A stretch of 64,000 nt of DNA from Mobula hypostoma (taxonomy: Eukaryota): the NCBI RefSeq assembly GCF_963921235.1, contig NC_086107.1:109308001-109372000 (forward strand), written 5' to 3'. The notes beneath the pieces were generated by a model. It had not been told where the DNA came from and did no database searches. It was given only the letters and a program-made list of their open reading frames with translations. Position numbers and translations under genes: made by a program. This document shows positions 13,450-26,500 of the stretch, piece after piece; within the stretch, counting starts at the first letter, position 1, and every line of letters begins with the position of its first letter.

Positions 13450-13485
13450 AGTCGACGTTTCGGGCCGAGACCCTTCATCAGGACT
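13450..13485 (-). ncRNA. Minimal type-I hammerhead ribozyme motif in a Penelope-like repeat
   Basis: Minus strand reads AGUC-CUGAUGA-A-GGG(UCUCGG)CCC-GAAAC-GUC-GACU: core boxes, stem I (AGUC/GACU), stem II, GUC triplet. Confidence 0.75.
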
Positions 13486-14559
13486 TTGCTGTCAAGGTTG
13501 GGTAGATTTTTGCATAGCAGGGGAGTTGAGGGTTATGGGGAAAAGGCAGGTAGGTGGAGATGTGCCCACGGCCAGATCAGCCACGATCTTATTGAATGGT
13601 GGAGCAGGCTCGACGGGCCAGATGGCCGACTCCTGCTCCTATTTCTTGTGCTCTAACCATCTAACCTTAGGTTCACTACATCTTTCATGAGAGTCCACCA
13701 AGTTCACAGGAACCATCAACTGCACCAAACGTGTTTAATTCTCTCCGTGTTAACATCCGCTCCCTTCAGGTTCTCCCGCTCCTGGGCCGATTTACAGTGC
13801 GAGGTTAACCCGCTGCTCTGCACGTCTTTGGGAAGCAGGAGGAGACTGGAGCACTCCCGAGGTCGTGCAGACTCCGCATAGACAGCACGGGAGGAGAGGA
13901 TTGGAATCCTGTGACTCCGTTCCACAATCCATTCTCTTTCAGGGGAAGCACGGTAGCGTAGGGGTTAGCACAACGCTTTACAGTTCCAGCGACCCGGGTT
14001 CAATTCCCGCCACTGTCTGTAAGGAGTTTGTACGTTCTCCCTGTGACCACGTGGAGTGCCCCGGTTTCCTCACAGAGTCCAAATACATGCTGGTTGGTAG
14101 GTTAATTGATCATTGTAAATTGCCCCATGATTAGGCTGGGGTTAAGTCGGGGGATTGCTGGACAGCACGGCTCGGAGGGTCAGAAGGGCCTATTCAGCAC
14201 TGTATCTCAATAAATAATGTTGATTCTGAATATTGTCATTGGATACCAAAACAATGCAGTGTGATTTCCTCGTGATATCAGACCAAACCTCAACTGAATT
14301 GAAATCCAGACAGATTTGTCTGTTTACTCTGGAAGTTTGGAAGCTGAGGAAAGAATTTTTGTAAGTGACTTAAATAGGGTAGACAATCAAATCAGAGTCT
14401 ACTTCTAGAGGGGGAGAGGGGGATAACTTAAAGGAGATGTGAGGGACATTATTTTTTTACACAGATCGTAGTGGGTGCCTGGTGGAGGCGAACACGATAA
14501 CATTGGGATTGGTTTACTTTTGGCACTGAGGAGTGCGGTAAAACAACGGGACTTGAGAA

Positions 14560-15235
14560 CACAGGGTCCATAATTCACTGAAAGTGGCATCACAAGTAGA
14601 TGGGGTCGTGAAGAAAGCTTTTGGCACATTGGCCTTCATAAGTCAAAGTACTGATTGCAGGAGATGGGATGTTATGCTGAAGTTGTATGAAAAGTTGGTG
14701 AGGCCTAATTTGGAGTATTGTGTACAGTTTTGGTCTCCTACCTACAGGAAAGATGTGCAGAGAAAATTTACAAGGGTGTTACCAGCTCTAGATGACCTGA
14801 GTTATAAGGAAAGATTGAATAGGTTAGGACTTTGTTCCTTGGAATTTAGAAGATTAAGAGGAGGTTTGGTAGAAGTATGTAAAACTATGAGCAGTATAGA
14901 TAGGTTAAGTGTAAGCAGGCTTTTTCCACTGTGGTTGGGTGGGACTACAACCAGAGGTCATGGGTTAAGGGTGAAAAGTGAAAAAAGTTTAAGGGGAACA
15001 TGGAGGGGAAACTTCTTCACTCACAGGGTCATGAGAGTGTGGAATCAGTTGCCAGCACAAGTGGTGGATGCCATTTGGATTTGAATGTTTAAGAGAAGTT
15101 TGGATGGGTACATGGATGGTAGAGGTGCAGAGGACTACGGTCCTGGTGCAGGTCGATGGGAGTAGGCAGTTCAAAGGGGTTGGCATGGACTAGATGGGCC
15201 GAAGAGCCTGTTTCTGTGCTGTACTTTTCTATGAG
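14560..15235 (+). mobile_element. CR1 LINE 3' fragment
   Basis: ORF 14584..15084 'LVRPNLEYCVQFWSP...TRGHGL...FFTHRV'. Confidence 0.9.
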
Positions 15236-18200
15236 TCCTGAGATACAGTTAAGAGCTTGCCTTCCATACTGTTCATACAAATCAGATCACAGTTAGAACA
15301 AGGTAAAACAATAACAATGCAGAATTATGTGTAACAGGTACAGAGAAAGTGCAGAGCTGGTACACAATCGAGTGCAAGTTCATAACGAGGTAGATTGTGA
15401 GGTCAAGGTCTGAGTTGAGCTGGGGAGCTGGAGAGGCGAGACCTCTGCTCTACCAGCTGTGCTGTGTGCTAACCTGAAACTGCAATGTGACTCACTCAAG
15501 GTGGACTCCAGAAATTAGATTCTGCCGAGGCATTTTAATACTTGAAAGTGGAAGCTTTTAAGTTCTGCGTGGCGCGGAGAATATTACACCTAACGACTAT
15601 TGAAAGGTCTAGATAGAGTGAATGTTGAGAGGATGTTTTCTGTGGTGGTGGAGTCTAGGACCAGAGTGCACAGCTTCAGAATAGAACAGAGATGAGGAGG
15701 AGTTTCTTTAGCCAGAGGGTGGTGAATCTGTGGAATTCATTGCCACAGACAGCTGTGGAGGCCAAGTCATTGGGTATATTTAAAGAGGAGATTGAAGGGT
15801 TCTTGGTTGAGGAGAAGGCTGGAGATTAGGGTTAATTATCTCTCTCTCTCTCATGAAAATGAGACAAGGATAATAAATTGTCACGGTGGCCATTGACAGA
15901 ACTGGACCCAGGAGTGGAGAAATGGCAGACTTTCCATAAAGAGAGAGAAGCAAGAGGTTATACATTGGAATACCAACAGAGCATTGGAGGCACAACTGAG
16001 AAACACTGCGAGACAAATCATTCTCAGCACAAAGACCCCGCGGTGTTCCCTAAACGGGAGTCTGCTTTAACTAATCATAGAGTACGTAAAACCCATGGAA
16101 GTCACAATTACCTTCACAAGATTAAACAGAAAGCGCAAGAGCTTAAAGACTCTAGTTAAGACCACAATTCGTAAATATACGTGCTCAACGCTCTACGTCA
16201 TGTCACAGAGGTCTGCAGGGCCCATGACGAAAATCGTTAATGATAGAATTGGGGAGCAGTGTTGATGGGCCGAGTGGCCTAATTCTATTCCTATGTCTTG
16301 TGATCTTCTGAAACACAGAAATGTATCACTCAACAACTTGGTCACTGGCCATGACGGGGTCCAACTTGCAAAGTGAATATCTATTGCGCTTCCTAATTCC
16401 CCTCAGGAATGTGCCGGGGGGTGGGTGGGGGGGAGGAGATGAACCTTCATCCTGAAATGGCGTAGTCAATGTGTTAATGGTGCTATCACAGTGCCGCATG
16501 ATGTCAGAGGGCAAAAGGGCAAGGGGTAAATCAGAGAGGGGTGCTGACTTCCCAGTGTCTGGAGAAGACACAGTCAGTCAGAATGAGCACCGGTGGCCAA
16601 AGTACCCCATCAGGGACCTCCACGTTCTTTTGGATGTCTCTCTGTCTGTGTCTCCATCCCCCTCCCTTCCCTCTCGCTGTTTCTCTCTCCACCTCGATCG
16701 ATCTCTCTCTCCCTCTCCCGCTGTTTCTTTCCCTCTCTCTCGATCTTGCTGTCTCACTGTTTCTCTCTCAGCCCATTGTTGCATATTCAATATTTGAATT
16801 GTGTTGTAAATTGTTGTAAACTTTGACAGCTAGGACACAGTGTCCATGGTCAACCCCGACCGACAAAGGCCTCACATTTCATTAAGTTCCCATGATATTA
16901 ATAGTTTCATAAGCCCAATGCACATCTGCACATTTGTTTCGATTAACAGAAGTAGTTCCTCTTCACTTTTAGAAATTATTCTTTCATATCCATTTTATGT
17001 GTCTTAAGTACCATTCGTTACAATACTGTGAATGAACAGTTACCATAATGAAGGCTTTTTTTGTGGACAAAGACAAATGACACCATGAAAACGAAATCCA
17101 AATCACTTCTGAGATTCACTACGCTCTGGGTGAAGAACATTGATTGGCCTAATCTAAAATAATAATGAGGCAGCCTACAGAGAATTCATCACCCTGACAC
17201 AGTGGTGTCAAGAAAACAACCTCTCCCTCAATGTCGCAGAAACGAAGCCACTGGTTGTAGACTACAGGAGGAATGGAGACAGGCTAACCCCTATTGACAT
17301 CAATGGATCTGGGGTTGAGAGGGTGAACAGCTCGACATACACATCACCGAGGATCTCAGGTGGTCTGTACATACCGGGTGAGTGGTGAAAAAGGCACAAT
17401 AGCGTCTCTTTCACCTCAGAAGGTTGGAGAAGTTTGGTATGGGCCCCTGGATCCTCAGAAATTCCTACAGGGGCACAATTGAGAGCATCCTGACTGGCTG
17501 CATCACTGCCTGGTATGGGAACTGCACCTCCCTTAATCGCAGGACTCTGCAGAGAGTGGTGCGGACAGCCCAGCGCATCTGTAGATGTGAACTTCCCACT
17601 ATTCAGGACATTTACAAAGCCGGGTGTGTAAAACGGGCCCAAAGGATCATTGGGGACCTGAGTCACCCCAACTTCAAACTGATCCAGCTGCTACAATCTG
17701 GGAAACGGTACTGCAGCATAAAAGCCAGGACCAACAGGCTCTGGGACAGCTTCTTCCACCAGGCCATCAGTCTGATTAATTCATGCTGATACAATTGTAT
17801 TTCTGTGTTATGTTGACTGTCCTGTTGTACGTACTATTTATTACAAATTTCTTCCTTCTCCCGTCTGCGTGAGATGTGGGACATTTGAGAGACTTTGAAC
17901 TTTTACTGTGCTCGTGGACTTCTTCATCAAGTTATGGTATTGTTGCACTGTTGTAAGTATATGTTATGATTATGTGGTTTTGTCAGTTTTTTCAGTCTTG
18001 ATCTGTCCTGTGTTTTGTGATATCACACCGGAGGAAATATTGTATCATTTCTTAATGCATGCATTACTAAATGACAATAAAAGAGGACTGCGTGACTTCA
18101 TAATCTAAAAAGTTACTATAAATTGCATATTTAGACGGAGACATAACGTAAAGGTTTTTACTCCTCCTGTATATGAAGGATGTAAGAAATAAAGTCAAGT

Positions 18201-18947
18201 CAATTCAGTTCAGTTTCTCTCACAAACCCCTAACTTTGACATGGTGACCCTGGGTTCGTGACATCCCAGCCAGGAGAAATTTATTTTATTCTGAGCTGTA
18301 GTGCGGAACAGGCCCCTCCGGCCAAAGAGCCACGCTACCCAGCAGCCCACCTACTTAACCCCAGCCTAATCGCGGGACAATTTACAATGACAGATTAACC
18401 TACTAGCTGTACATCTTTGGACTGTGGGAGGAAACCAGGGCACCCAGGAGTAAACCCACACGGAGAGCGTCCAAACCCTTTACAGACAGAAGGGGTGATA
18501 GCACTTTGAACTCCGCCACCCCAAGCCATAATAACATCACGCCAACCACAGCTCTACTGTGATGCCCCTGCCTTCCTTGCATTTACCCCGCCAAGCCCTG
18601 TAAGGATTTTGTATGTTCCAATGAAAGGTGGAAAGTATAATCGGTTTAACCTCGTTCCTACTGGGTCTTACACAGTGGATTATATCATGTTCTGTCACTT
18701 CTGGTGTTTGGTTTTAAGCAAAACTCAAACTATGTCATGAGAACCAACAGCACAAGGGAGAGGAAACAGTCCTTTACTCTCAGCAACACACGCAAAACGC
18801 TGGAGGAACTCAGCAGGCCAGGCAGCTTCTATGGAAAAGAGTACGGTCGATGTTTCGACCCGTAATTCCAGCTTGGATTTCCAGCATCTGCAGATTTTCT
18901 CTTGTTTGTGATTCAGTCCATTACTCTACAGGCTTTGTACCTCATTC

Positions 18948-19628
18948 TGTGACACAGATCTACCCCTTAGTAATAGGGAGACACCGAGAGAATCAGAAAT
19001 TACCTGCAAGTACCTTTTATCGTCTCAGCTGAAGAGCATGTAAATTTACACAAGCTGTGTGTACGCCTACTAGGTTTTTCTGACCCTCCATGAACACTAA
19101 AAGAATAGAAAAGTTATTACCCGGGAAAGGAGTCTTTGCTGGCTACGTGTTCCTCAGCGTCCCGATCTAATCTCACGTGTCCGTGGGGTCTTCCACATCC
19201 GAAGAGCTGTCGCTCCTTTGCATTTGAAGTTCATAGCTCTTGTAGTGTTCCTCATCAGTTCAAATGATGCTCTTCTGTCCCATTAGCTCCAGGTCGCCTG
19301 ACCTACCTGGGTCACCACCTTATTCATTCTCGTCCAGGGCTACAATCAGCATTGTTCTACGGTCTCTGCTCTCAACATTGTGCCTTTGTTCTTTTCAACT
19401 GGTTCAATCCAGGTGGGTCTAACAATATTACAGATTGCTTCTCCTGCAAACCTGCCACTTTACATAATATATGGCTTCTTGTCTGAGATTGTTCTCCAAA
19501 TTTAGCACGTCATTGGTTGAAACTCCTTGTATCCGCCTTCAATTGCTCTGATTATGTTATCGCAGAACAAGAATCAGTTCACAAAATGGGGGGGATGCAC
19601 GGACAGTATCACAAAATGGCTGCTTCCA
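18948..19628. mobile_element. Possible solo LTR
   Basis: Starts TGTGACA; CATTC on both sides, but the TSD and terminal CA overlap at the right end. Confidence 0.3.
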
Positions 19629-20266
19629 TTCCTGTTCACTAACTTTCATTCTTTCTGGCCATCCATACACTTTATAAGGTGCTGGTCAGATTGCACTTGA
19701 GCAATTTTGAAGCCCATATCTAAGAAAAGATATGCTGGCCCTGACGAGGGTCTAGATAAGGTTCACAAGAACGATCCCAGAAACAAAAGGTTTGATGTGT
19801 GAGGAGCCTTTAATGTCTGTAGGCTTGGATGGGTGGGTGGACTGGATCTTTTTAAAACCTACAGGGTACTGAAAGGCCTGCATAAAGCGGACGTGGAGAG
19901 GCTGTTTCCATTAGTAGAAGGGCCAAAGTAAAGGGATCCCTTTAGAATGGAGATGAGGATGAGTTTTTACAGCCAGCGGATGGCGAATCTGAACCTGTGG
20001 AATTTGTTGTCACAGCGGGCTGTGGAAGCCAAGTTACTGGGTGTTGTAGGAGCCATGTATCTGTTCTCTATCTGCATTGTAGTCTATGTTGTGTGTTTAT
20101 GTTTATTATGGTAATTAGTCACGTGGGTGGGGCGTGGTAGAGGCAAAGAGTTTTAGTTACTTATTCATACTTGTGTCTTTAGTTCAGTTTGAGTTAGAGA
20201 CAGCCGGAAATGACATCTTTTATGTTGACCACTTAACTTTGCTCAAAACCACTTGATTACGTTTTA

Positions 20267-20862
20267 AGCAACACACATAAAAGTTGCTGGTGAATGCAAC
20301 AGGCCAGGCAGCATCTCTAGGAAGAGGTACAGTCGACGTTTCGGGCCGAGACCCTTCGTCAGGACTAACTGAAAGAAGAGATAGTAAGAGATTTGAAAGT
20401 GGGAGGGGGAGATCCAAAATGATAGGAGAAGACAGGAGGGGGAGGGATGGAGCCAAGAGCTGGACAGGTGATTGGCAAAGGGGATACGAGAGGATCATGG
20501 GACAGGAGGCCTAGGGAGAAAGAAAAGGGGGGGGGAACCAGAGGATGGGCAAGGGGTATAGTCAGAGGGACAGAGGGAGAAAAAGGAGAGAGAGAAAAAG
20601 AATGTGTGTATATAAATAAATAACAGATGGGGTACAAGGGGGAGGTGGGGCATTAGCGGAAGTTTGAGAATTCAATGTTCATGCCATCAGGTTGGAGGCT
20701 ACCCAGACAGAATACGAGGTGTTGTTCCTCCAACCTGAGTGTGGCTTCATCTTTACAGTAGAGGAGGCCATGGATAGACATATCAGAATGGGAATGGGAC
20801 GTGGAATTAAAATGTGTGGCCACTGGGAGATCCTGCTTTCTCTGGCGGACAGAGCGTAGGTT
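20267..20862 (-). mobile_element. PLE family 1 fragment with GIY-YIG endonuclease C-terminus
   Basis: ORF 20653..20880 'DLPVATHFNSTSHSHSDMSIHGLLYC...RLEEQHLVFCLGSLQPDGMNIEFSNFR', followed by hammerhead. Confidence 0.8.
20331..20366 (-). ncRNA. Minimal hammerhead ribozyme motif in a Penelope-like repeat
   Basis: Minus strand reads AGUC-CUGACGA-A-GGGUCUCGGCCC-GAAAC-GUC-GACU. Confidence 0.75.
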
Positions 20863-23305
20863 TGCGTAATTACGTTTCAAATGGCTTAATTACGTTGAAG
20901 AAAGCTTAATTACATTTATTACACTAAGACTGTTTATTTTGTTATATCACTGGTATTAGTTCATTAGTTTTATCACTTCAAAGTTGTTCATTTTGCTGGT
21001 TTTTCAATAAAGGATCGAATATTTTCTTTGACTTTGAAACCTTATTGTTGGATTTGATTGGAAGGCACATCACACAGAATTAATTCCCACCGCCCATGCT
21101 TAGTCTCCAAGCGGTGATGGTTTGTTCGAGTAGCCACAACAGGTGTATTTAAGGCAGATATCGATAAGGTCTTGATTAGTAAGGGGATTAAGGGCAACTG
21201 GGAGAAGACAGGAGAATGGGATTGAAAATAAAGGGTGTCATGATGGAGCAGACACGATGGGCTGAATGGCCTCATTCTGCTCCTATAACGTATGGTCTCA
21301 GAAGTGCATCTCTGGAGCCATGTTTGATGCTCCACAGCCTCTAAAACAGAAGCTACTAGACTGGCATGTCATTCACCACCCTAGACCCCCATTCCCACCT
21401 CTCTGAAGCTTCCAAATCCTTCCTATAATGAGGTGACCAGAACAGAACACAATACGTCAAGTGCAGCTTAACTAGTGCTTTTTAGAGCTACAGGATTACT
21501 TTGTGGCTCTTGAACTCAACTAAAGAGGGCCAACATGTCATACGCCTGCTTCACCACTTTATGAACTTGTGCGTTAACTTTGAGGGATCTGTAGACCTGA
21601 ATCTCAAGATCCCTCTGTTCCTCCACACAGCTAAGACTCCTGCCATTAACCCTGTATTCCGCCTTTAAGGTTGACCTTCCAAAGTCAAAGTACATATATG
21701 TCACCATACACAACCCACAGATTCATTTTCCTGCAGGAATACTCCGCAAATCTATTGAGTAGTAACTATAACAGGGTCAGTGAAAGATCAACCAGAGTGC
21801 AGAAGACAACAAACTGTGCAAATGTAAATAAATAGCAATAAATAATAAGAACATGAGATTAAGAGTCCTTAAAGTGAGATCATTTGTTGTGGGAACATCT
21901 CAATGATGGGGCAAGTGAGTGTAGTTATCCCCTTTTGTTCAAGAGCCTGATGGCTGAGGGGTAGTAACTGTTCCTGAACCTGGTGGTGCGAGTCCCGAGG
22001 CTCTTGTACCTTCTACCTTGACGGCAGCAGTGAGAAGAGAGCATGGCTTGAATGGTGGGGATCTCTGATGATGGATGCTGCTTTCCTGCGACAGCATTTC
22101 ATGTAGATGTGCTCAATGGTTGGAAGGGCTTTACCCGTGACGGACTAGGCCAAATCCACTATCTCGGTGGGATTTTCCGTTCAAAGGTATTGGTCCAAAA
22201 CGTAACCATTTTCCGGTGTGGAGTGTTGTTAGAGGTGTACCTCTCCAGTCAAGTGTGCCCTACTGGCCAACACTCCCGATTTGTGTCTTGTAGATGGTGG
22301 AAAGGTTTTGGGGTATCAGGAGGTGAATACCCTGCCACCAACCCGGCCTTGCAGCCCTGGTATTTATATAAATCTCTGTTGTCATTGTTGTCGACCAACA
22401 GCATTGATCCTGAAGGAGGTGGAGATTAATAGTCTTTTAACTTTGGAGCAAAGGAGGATGAGAGGTGATTTGATAGAGGTGTACAAGATGATGAGAGGCA
22501 TTGATCCAGTGGACAGCCAGTGGCTTTTTCCCAGGGCAGAAGTGACTAATACGAGGGGGCATCATTTTAAGGTGATTGGAAGAAAGTATGGGAGGGGGAT
22601 GTCTTTTCCACAAAGAGTGGTGGACGGTGGTAGAAGAGATACATTACGGACATTGACGCTCTTAGAAAAATGCAGAGCTACGTAGGGGTGAAGGGTTAGA
22701 TTAATCTTAGACTAGGTTGAAAGATCAGCGCAACATTGTGGGCCAAAGGGCCTGTTCTGTGTTAATAGACAATAGGTACAGGAGTAGGCCATTCAGCCCT
22801 TCGAGCCAGCACCGCCATTCACTGTGATCGCGGCTCATCGTCCACAATCAGTATCCAGTCATTATTGTTCTTTTCTATTTTCTACGTAGATTAGTGAACA
22901 TACTCACTTCTGGCCTCAGTATAGAAGAAAAGCCACTGATGTTGGTGATTCGAACTACCACTGAAAGGCAGTTGAGTTTGGTTAGACCTGGGACATTGCC
23001 CAAGGAATTGCAGCTTTGATTCCGGAGGCTGGGATGATCAATTTCCAACATCACCCCCCACCCCATCTTGCTTTACGCATGATATGAACTTTTGGGCTTC
23101 TTCAGCCGAGGGACTGCAGAAGTTCAAGGAGACCCCACCAGTTAGGTCTGGGGAATGAAAATATACGAAACATCATGAATATTTGAGAGCCAGAAATACA
23201 GATGTGTTATACCACACAGCTCACAAACTCCTTTCAATCAGAAATACCTATTTTTAAATAAGCGGCACACCTAATCTTGTTTTCTCCTCTCTGTCTCCCC
23301 TCTAG

Positions 23306-23345
23306 AACCGAGAATTCTCTGCTTCTCACCGAGGACCTCATCCAG
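23306..23345 (+). CDS. SH3BP1: SH3BP1-like exon 2 (R-TENSLLLTEDLIQ)
   Basis: Polypyrimidine tract + TAG acceptor, CAG|GTACG donor; 40 nt; phase fits exons 1 and 3; 'EDLxQ' family motif. Confidence 0.88.
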
Positions 23346-24583
23346 GTACGTTGCTGTCACACAACTCAGAACCTTAATGTCAGGATGACACTTGCGCTAT
23401 AAGCAGGCGTGCTGGGAAATGACTGAGGCAAATAGTCCCATTTTCTCCGGCACCCTGCCCTTCTCCCTCCATCAAAAGAAACAGAATTGTAACCCAGAGG
23501 CTTCTCACTGCCCACTGATCCTGACAATCCATCCGTCCATCCCCTTCCGACCCTTCGAGAAATGCTGCCCAACAACCCCCAATTTAATCTGAACCGAATC
23601 ACAGAACAATTTGCAGTGACCAATTAACCTGTGGACAGGTACGTCTTTGGACTGTGGGAGGAAACCAGAGCACCCGGAGGAAACCCACATGGTCACAGGG
23701 AGAACGTGCAAGGTCCTGGGTTGCCAGTACTGTAAAGCACTATGCTAGCCGCTGCACTGTCCTGACTACCGGCTCACTCCAACATTGGAGGCTTCTTGCA
23801 AGTACCCCATGCACTGTGACGTTCTCACTATGTGTCACACAGTTTAACCTCACTGGTAGTATTTGTACGTGCAGGTTAGAGGTGCTGAGGGACGAGTTCA
23901 AGTTCATTTATTGTCATTCAACCACGTACACGTATACCGCCAAACGAAACAATTTTCCTCCAGACTAAGGTGCACAAGACAAGTACTTCTAACTCCACAC
24001 ACAACACGTAAAGTAAATATTACCGCAAACAACTTAACAAATTATATATAAATATTCCAGAAGGCTGGCATTTAGTATAAGATGCATTTACGACACAAGT
24101 TAGAAGGCAGAAGTTAAACTAGTGATGTGGGTAGGGGTTCAGTAGTCTCACTGGGGGAAGAAGCTGTTTCCCATCCTAACAACCTTTGCCCTAACACTAC
24201 GGTACCTCCTGCCTGATGGTAGAGGTCAAAGGGATTGTTGGACGGATGGGAGGGGTCATTGCCAATACCGAGGGCCCTGCGCTCCTGATAAATGTCTCAG
24301 AATGGTGGAAGAGAGGCCCCAGTGGTAACTAATACTGAGGCTGCACTGTCACTCCGATAACTAAGGAAGTCTTGTATGGCCTGAGGTTCAATGCCTAAAC
24401 TGCTTAATCTGCCTTAAAGCCACACTGGGAGGTAAGGGGCCTGGGTTTTTAAGAGACTTGAACAAAACGCTTTTCTTCGTTCAGTCTTCGGCCTTGCTCT
24501 GTTGCTATGGCAACTCTACTACCATGTCGATGCAGAGTGAGTTGATGTCGCACCTTCTTTCTTGTGTCTCCACCATTGATCAG

Positions 24584-24688
24584 TTCGAGAACAGGATCGA
24601 ACCCGCGAGGCGCGCCACATCCAACACGCACAAGAAGCTGCAGGCCTGTCTTCAGGGTCAACAGGGGTCAGATCTCGAGAGACGCCTG
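24584..24688 (+). CDS. SH3BP1: SH3BP1-like exon 3, BAR domain (FENRIEPARRATSNTHKKLQACLQGQQGSDLERRL)
   Basis: CAG acceptor, GTGAGT donor, 105 nt; resembles SH3BP1 'EQRLEPAKRAAHNIHKRLQACLQGQSG'. Confidence 0.95.
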
Positions 24689-25570
24689 GTGAGTGAAGCA
24701 ACCCCACCTGCCGTGTTTATAACAACAGCCTGACGCCCCACCACACACAATTTATTGAAATTAGCCCGAGTGATACCACCAGTCATGGCTTGGATGCTTG
24801 AGAGGGATTGGAAGGAAGATGCTGTGAGGCTGTTTCCCCCATTCGGAGAGCCTCGAATTGGGAGGGGGCTCAGTGTGTTGGCAGAAGGGTTAGACCATGT
24901 TGGGTCTGAACTTGAGGAGGAATATCGTCACATAGGGGATGGTGAACCTTTAAACTATTGAAACCCCAGAGGCTGCAGGCTAGACAGCCCAGTGTCTACG
25001 TGTCCAAGTGTGAATCCAGGTAGGCTGGAGGCTGAAGACGATGGCCTGTCTTGAGATTAGAGGAGTGTGTGCGTGCGCGTGTGTGTGTCTGTGTGCGTGT
25101 GTGTCTCTCTCTCTCTGTGGAAATTGGTATTAGTTTGTTCCTTGCTATGTTCTTTGTTGCTCTGCCAAGCATTGCGGGCACACGGTGTTTGCGCCGGAAT
25201 ATGTGGCAACACTTGCGGGCTGCCCCCAGCGCATCATTTGGTGTGTTGTTAGCACAAACGATGTGTTTCGCTGTGTGTGCCATGGAGTTGCAGAAATGGA
25301 GCCCTTCAGCCCATCTAGTCCATGCTGAACTATCTCAACATGCATGTGATAAATAAAATTGGAACTTGAATCATAATCATTCAAAACATTCATGGCTAGA
25401 GTTGCCAATTTATTGGATACGAATGAAATAGACATGGGAGCAGAATTAGGCCATTTAGCCCATTGAGACTGATCTGTTACTCGTCATGGCCAATTTACTA
25501 TCCCTTTCAACCTCATTCTCCTGTAACCTTTGACACCCTTACTAATCAAGAACCTGTCAACCGCTGTTCT

Positions 25571-26019
25571 CATTTTTTCAGTCTTTTTATTGATACATAA
25601 TCTTCTACAGCTTTAAAATGGTACAAGATTACAGCAAATTAATATATAAATATACAGTTAATAAAGCTGAAGAAAAAAACTTATCAAAAAAGAATAATAT
25701 GATAATGAAAAAAAAATTTTTATAAAGAAAAGAAGGAAAAAGAGAACCCCAACTACTAAAAGAGGGAAAAAAAACCCAGAAACTACAAGAGAAAGAAAAG
25801 GAAAAAAGAAGAAAAAAGAGAGGGGAAAAAAAACCATTAGGAACCAACTCCCGGAGCAATACAACTTACAATCATCTATATAAATAAAGAAGAAAAATCA
25901 TCAACCGCCAATTCACATTTATATAAAATAAGATTGGAAGGAAACCATATAAATTAATTCAAATTAAATGATAATATTTGGCAAAAGAGCCCCCACCTTC
26001 TCTGAAAATCAAATCGAGG
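25571..26019 (-). mobile_element. 5'-truncated L1/Tx1-like insertion inside CR1
   Basis: 15-bp TSD GTCAACCGCTGTTCT (25556-25570 / 26020-26034); T-rich 3' UTR and AATAAA on minus strand. Confidence 0.7.
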
Positions 26020-26209
26020 GTCAACCGCTGTTCTAAATATAGCCGACGACTTGACCTCCACAGCCATCTGTGGCAATGAATTCCATAGATTTACCATCCT
26101 CTGGCTAAAGAAATTACTCCTCATCTCTATTCTAAATGGACGTCCCTCTATTCTGAGGCTGTGCTGTTTGGTCACAGACTCCCCCACTATAGGAAGCATT
26201 CACTCGATC

Positions 26210-26500
26210 CGGTTAGTTAGTTAGTTACTACCTGTTAGACCGCTGGAATTTTGGGCAGTAATGAAGGTCCTCCACCTCTGTCTGTCCTATACCATCAGGG
26301 TTGTCCAGTCAGGGTTGTTAGCCCTGAGCTGGAGGACGAGTGGACCACACTCAGTCTGGCCTCTACCCTTTGACCTGTTTTGTGTGGGTGACCCTATGAA
26401 GAGTCAAAGCATAAAGCCCTGACTCCGGCCAACACAGCTCTCTGGGTCATTAAGGCACGCAAACCTCCAACCCTACAACAAGATTGTGGTCCTTTTAGAG
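26210..26500 (-). mobile_element. Short non-autonomous RTE-like derivative; a second RTE-like piece at ~62250-62750
   Basis: (TAAC)n tail on minus strand joined to RTE-like 5' sequence; family recognised from memory. Confidence 0.45.

Larger units (their letters stand above)
20045..21141 (+). mobile_element. Solo LTR inserted in a CR1 fragment, itself interrupted by a Penelope-like element
   Basis: TG...CA termini; 5-bp TSD GGTGT (20040-20044 / 21142-21146); AATAAA at ~21006; CR1 resumes at 21142. Confidence 0.75.
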
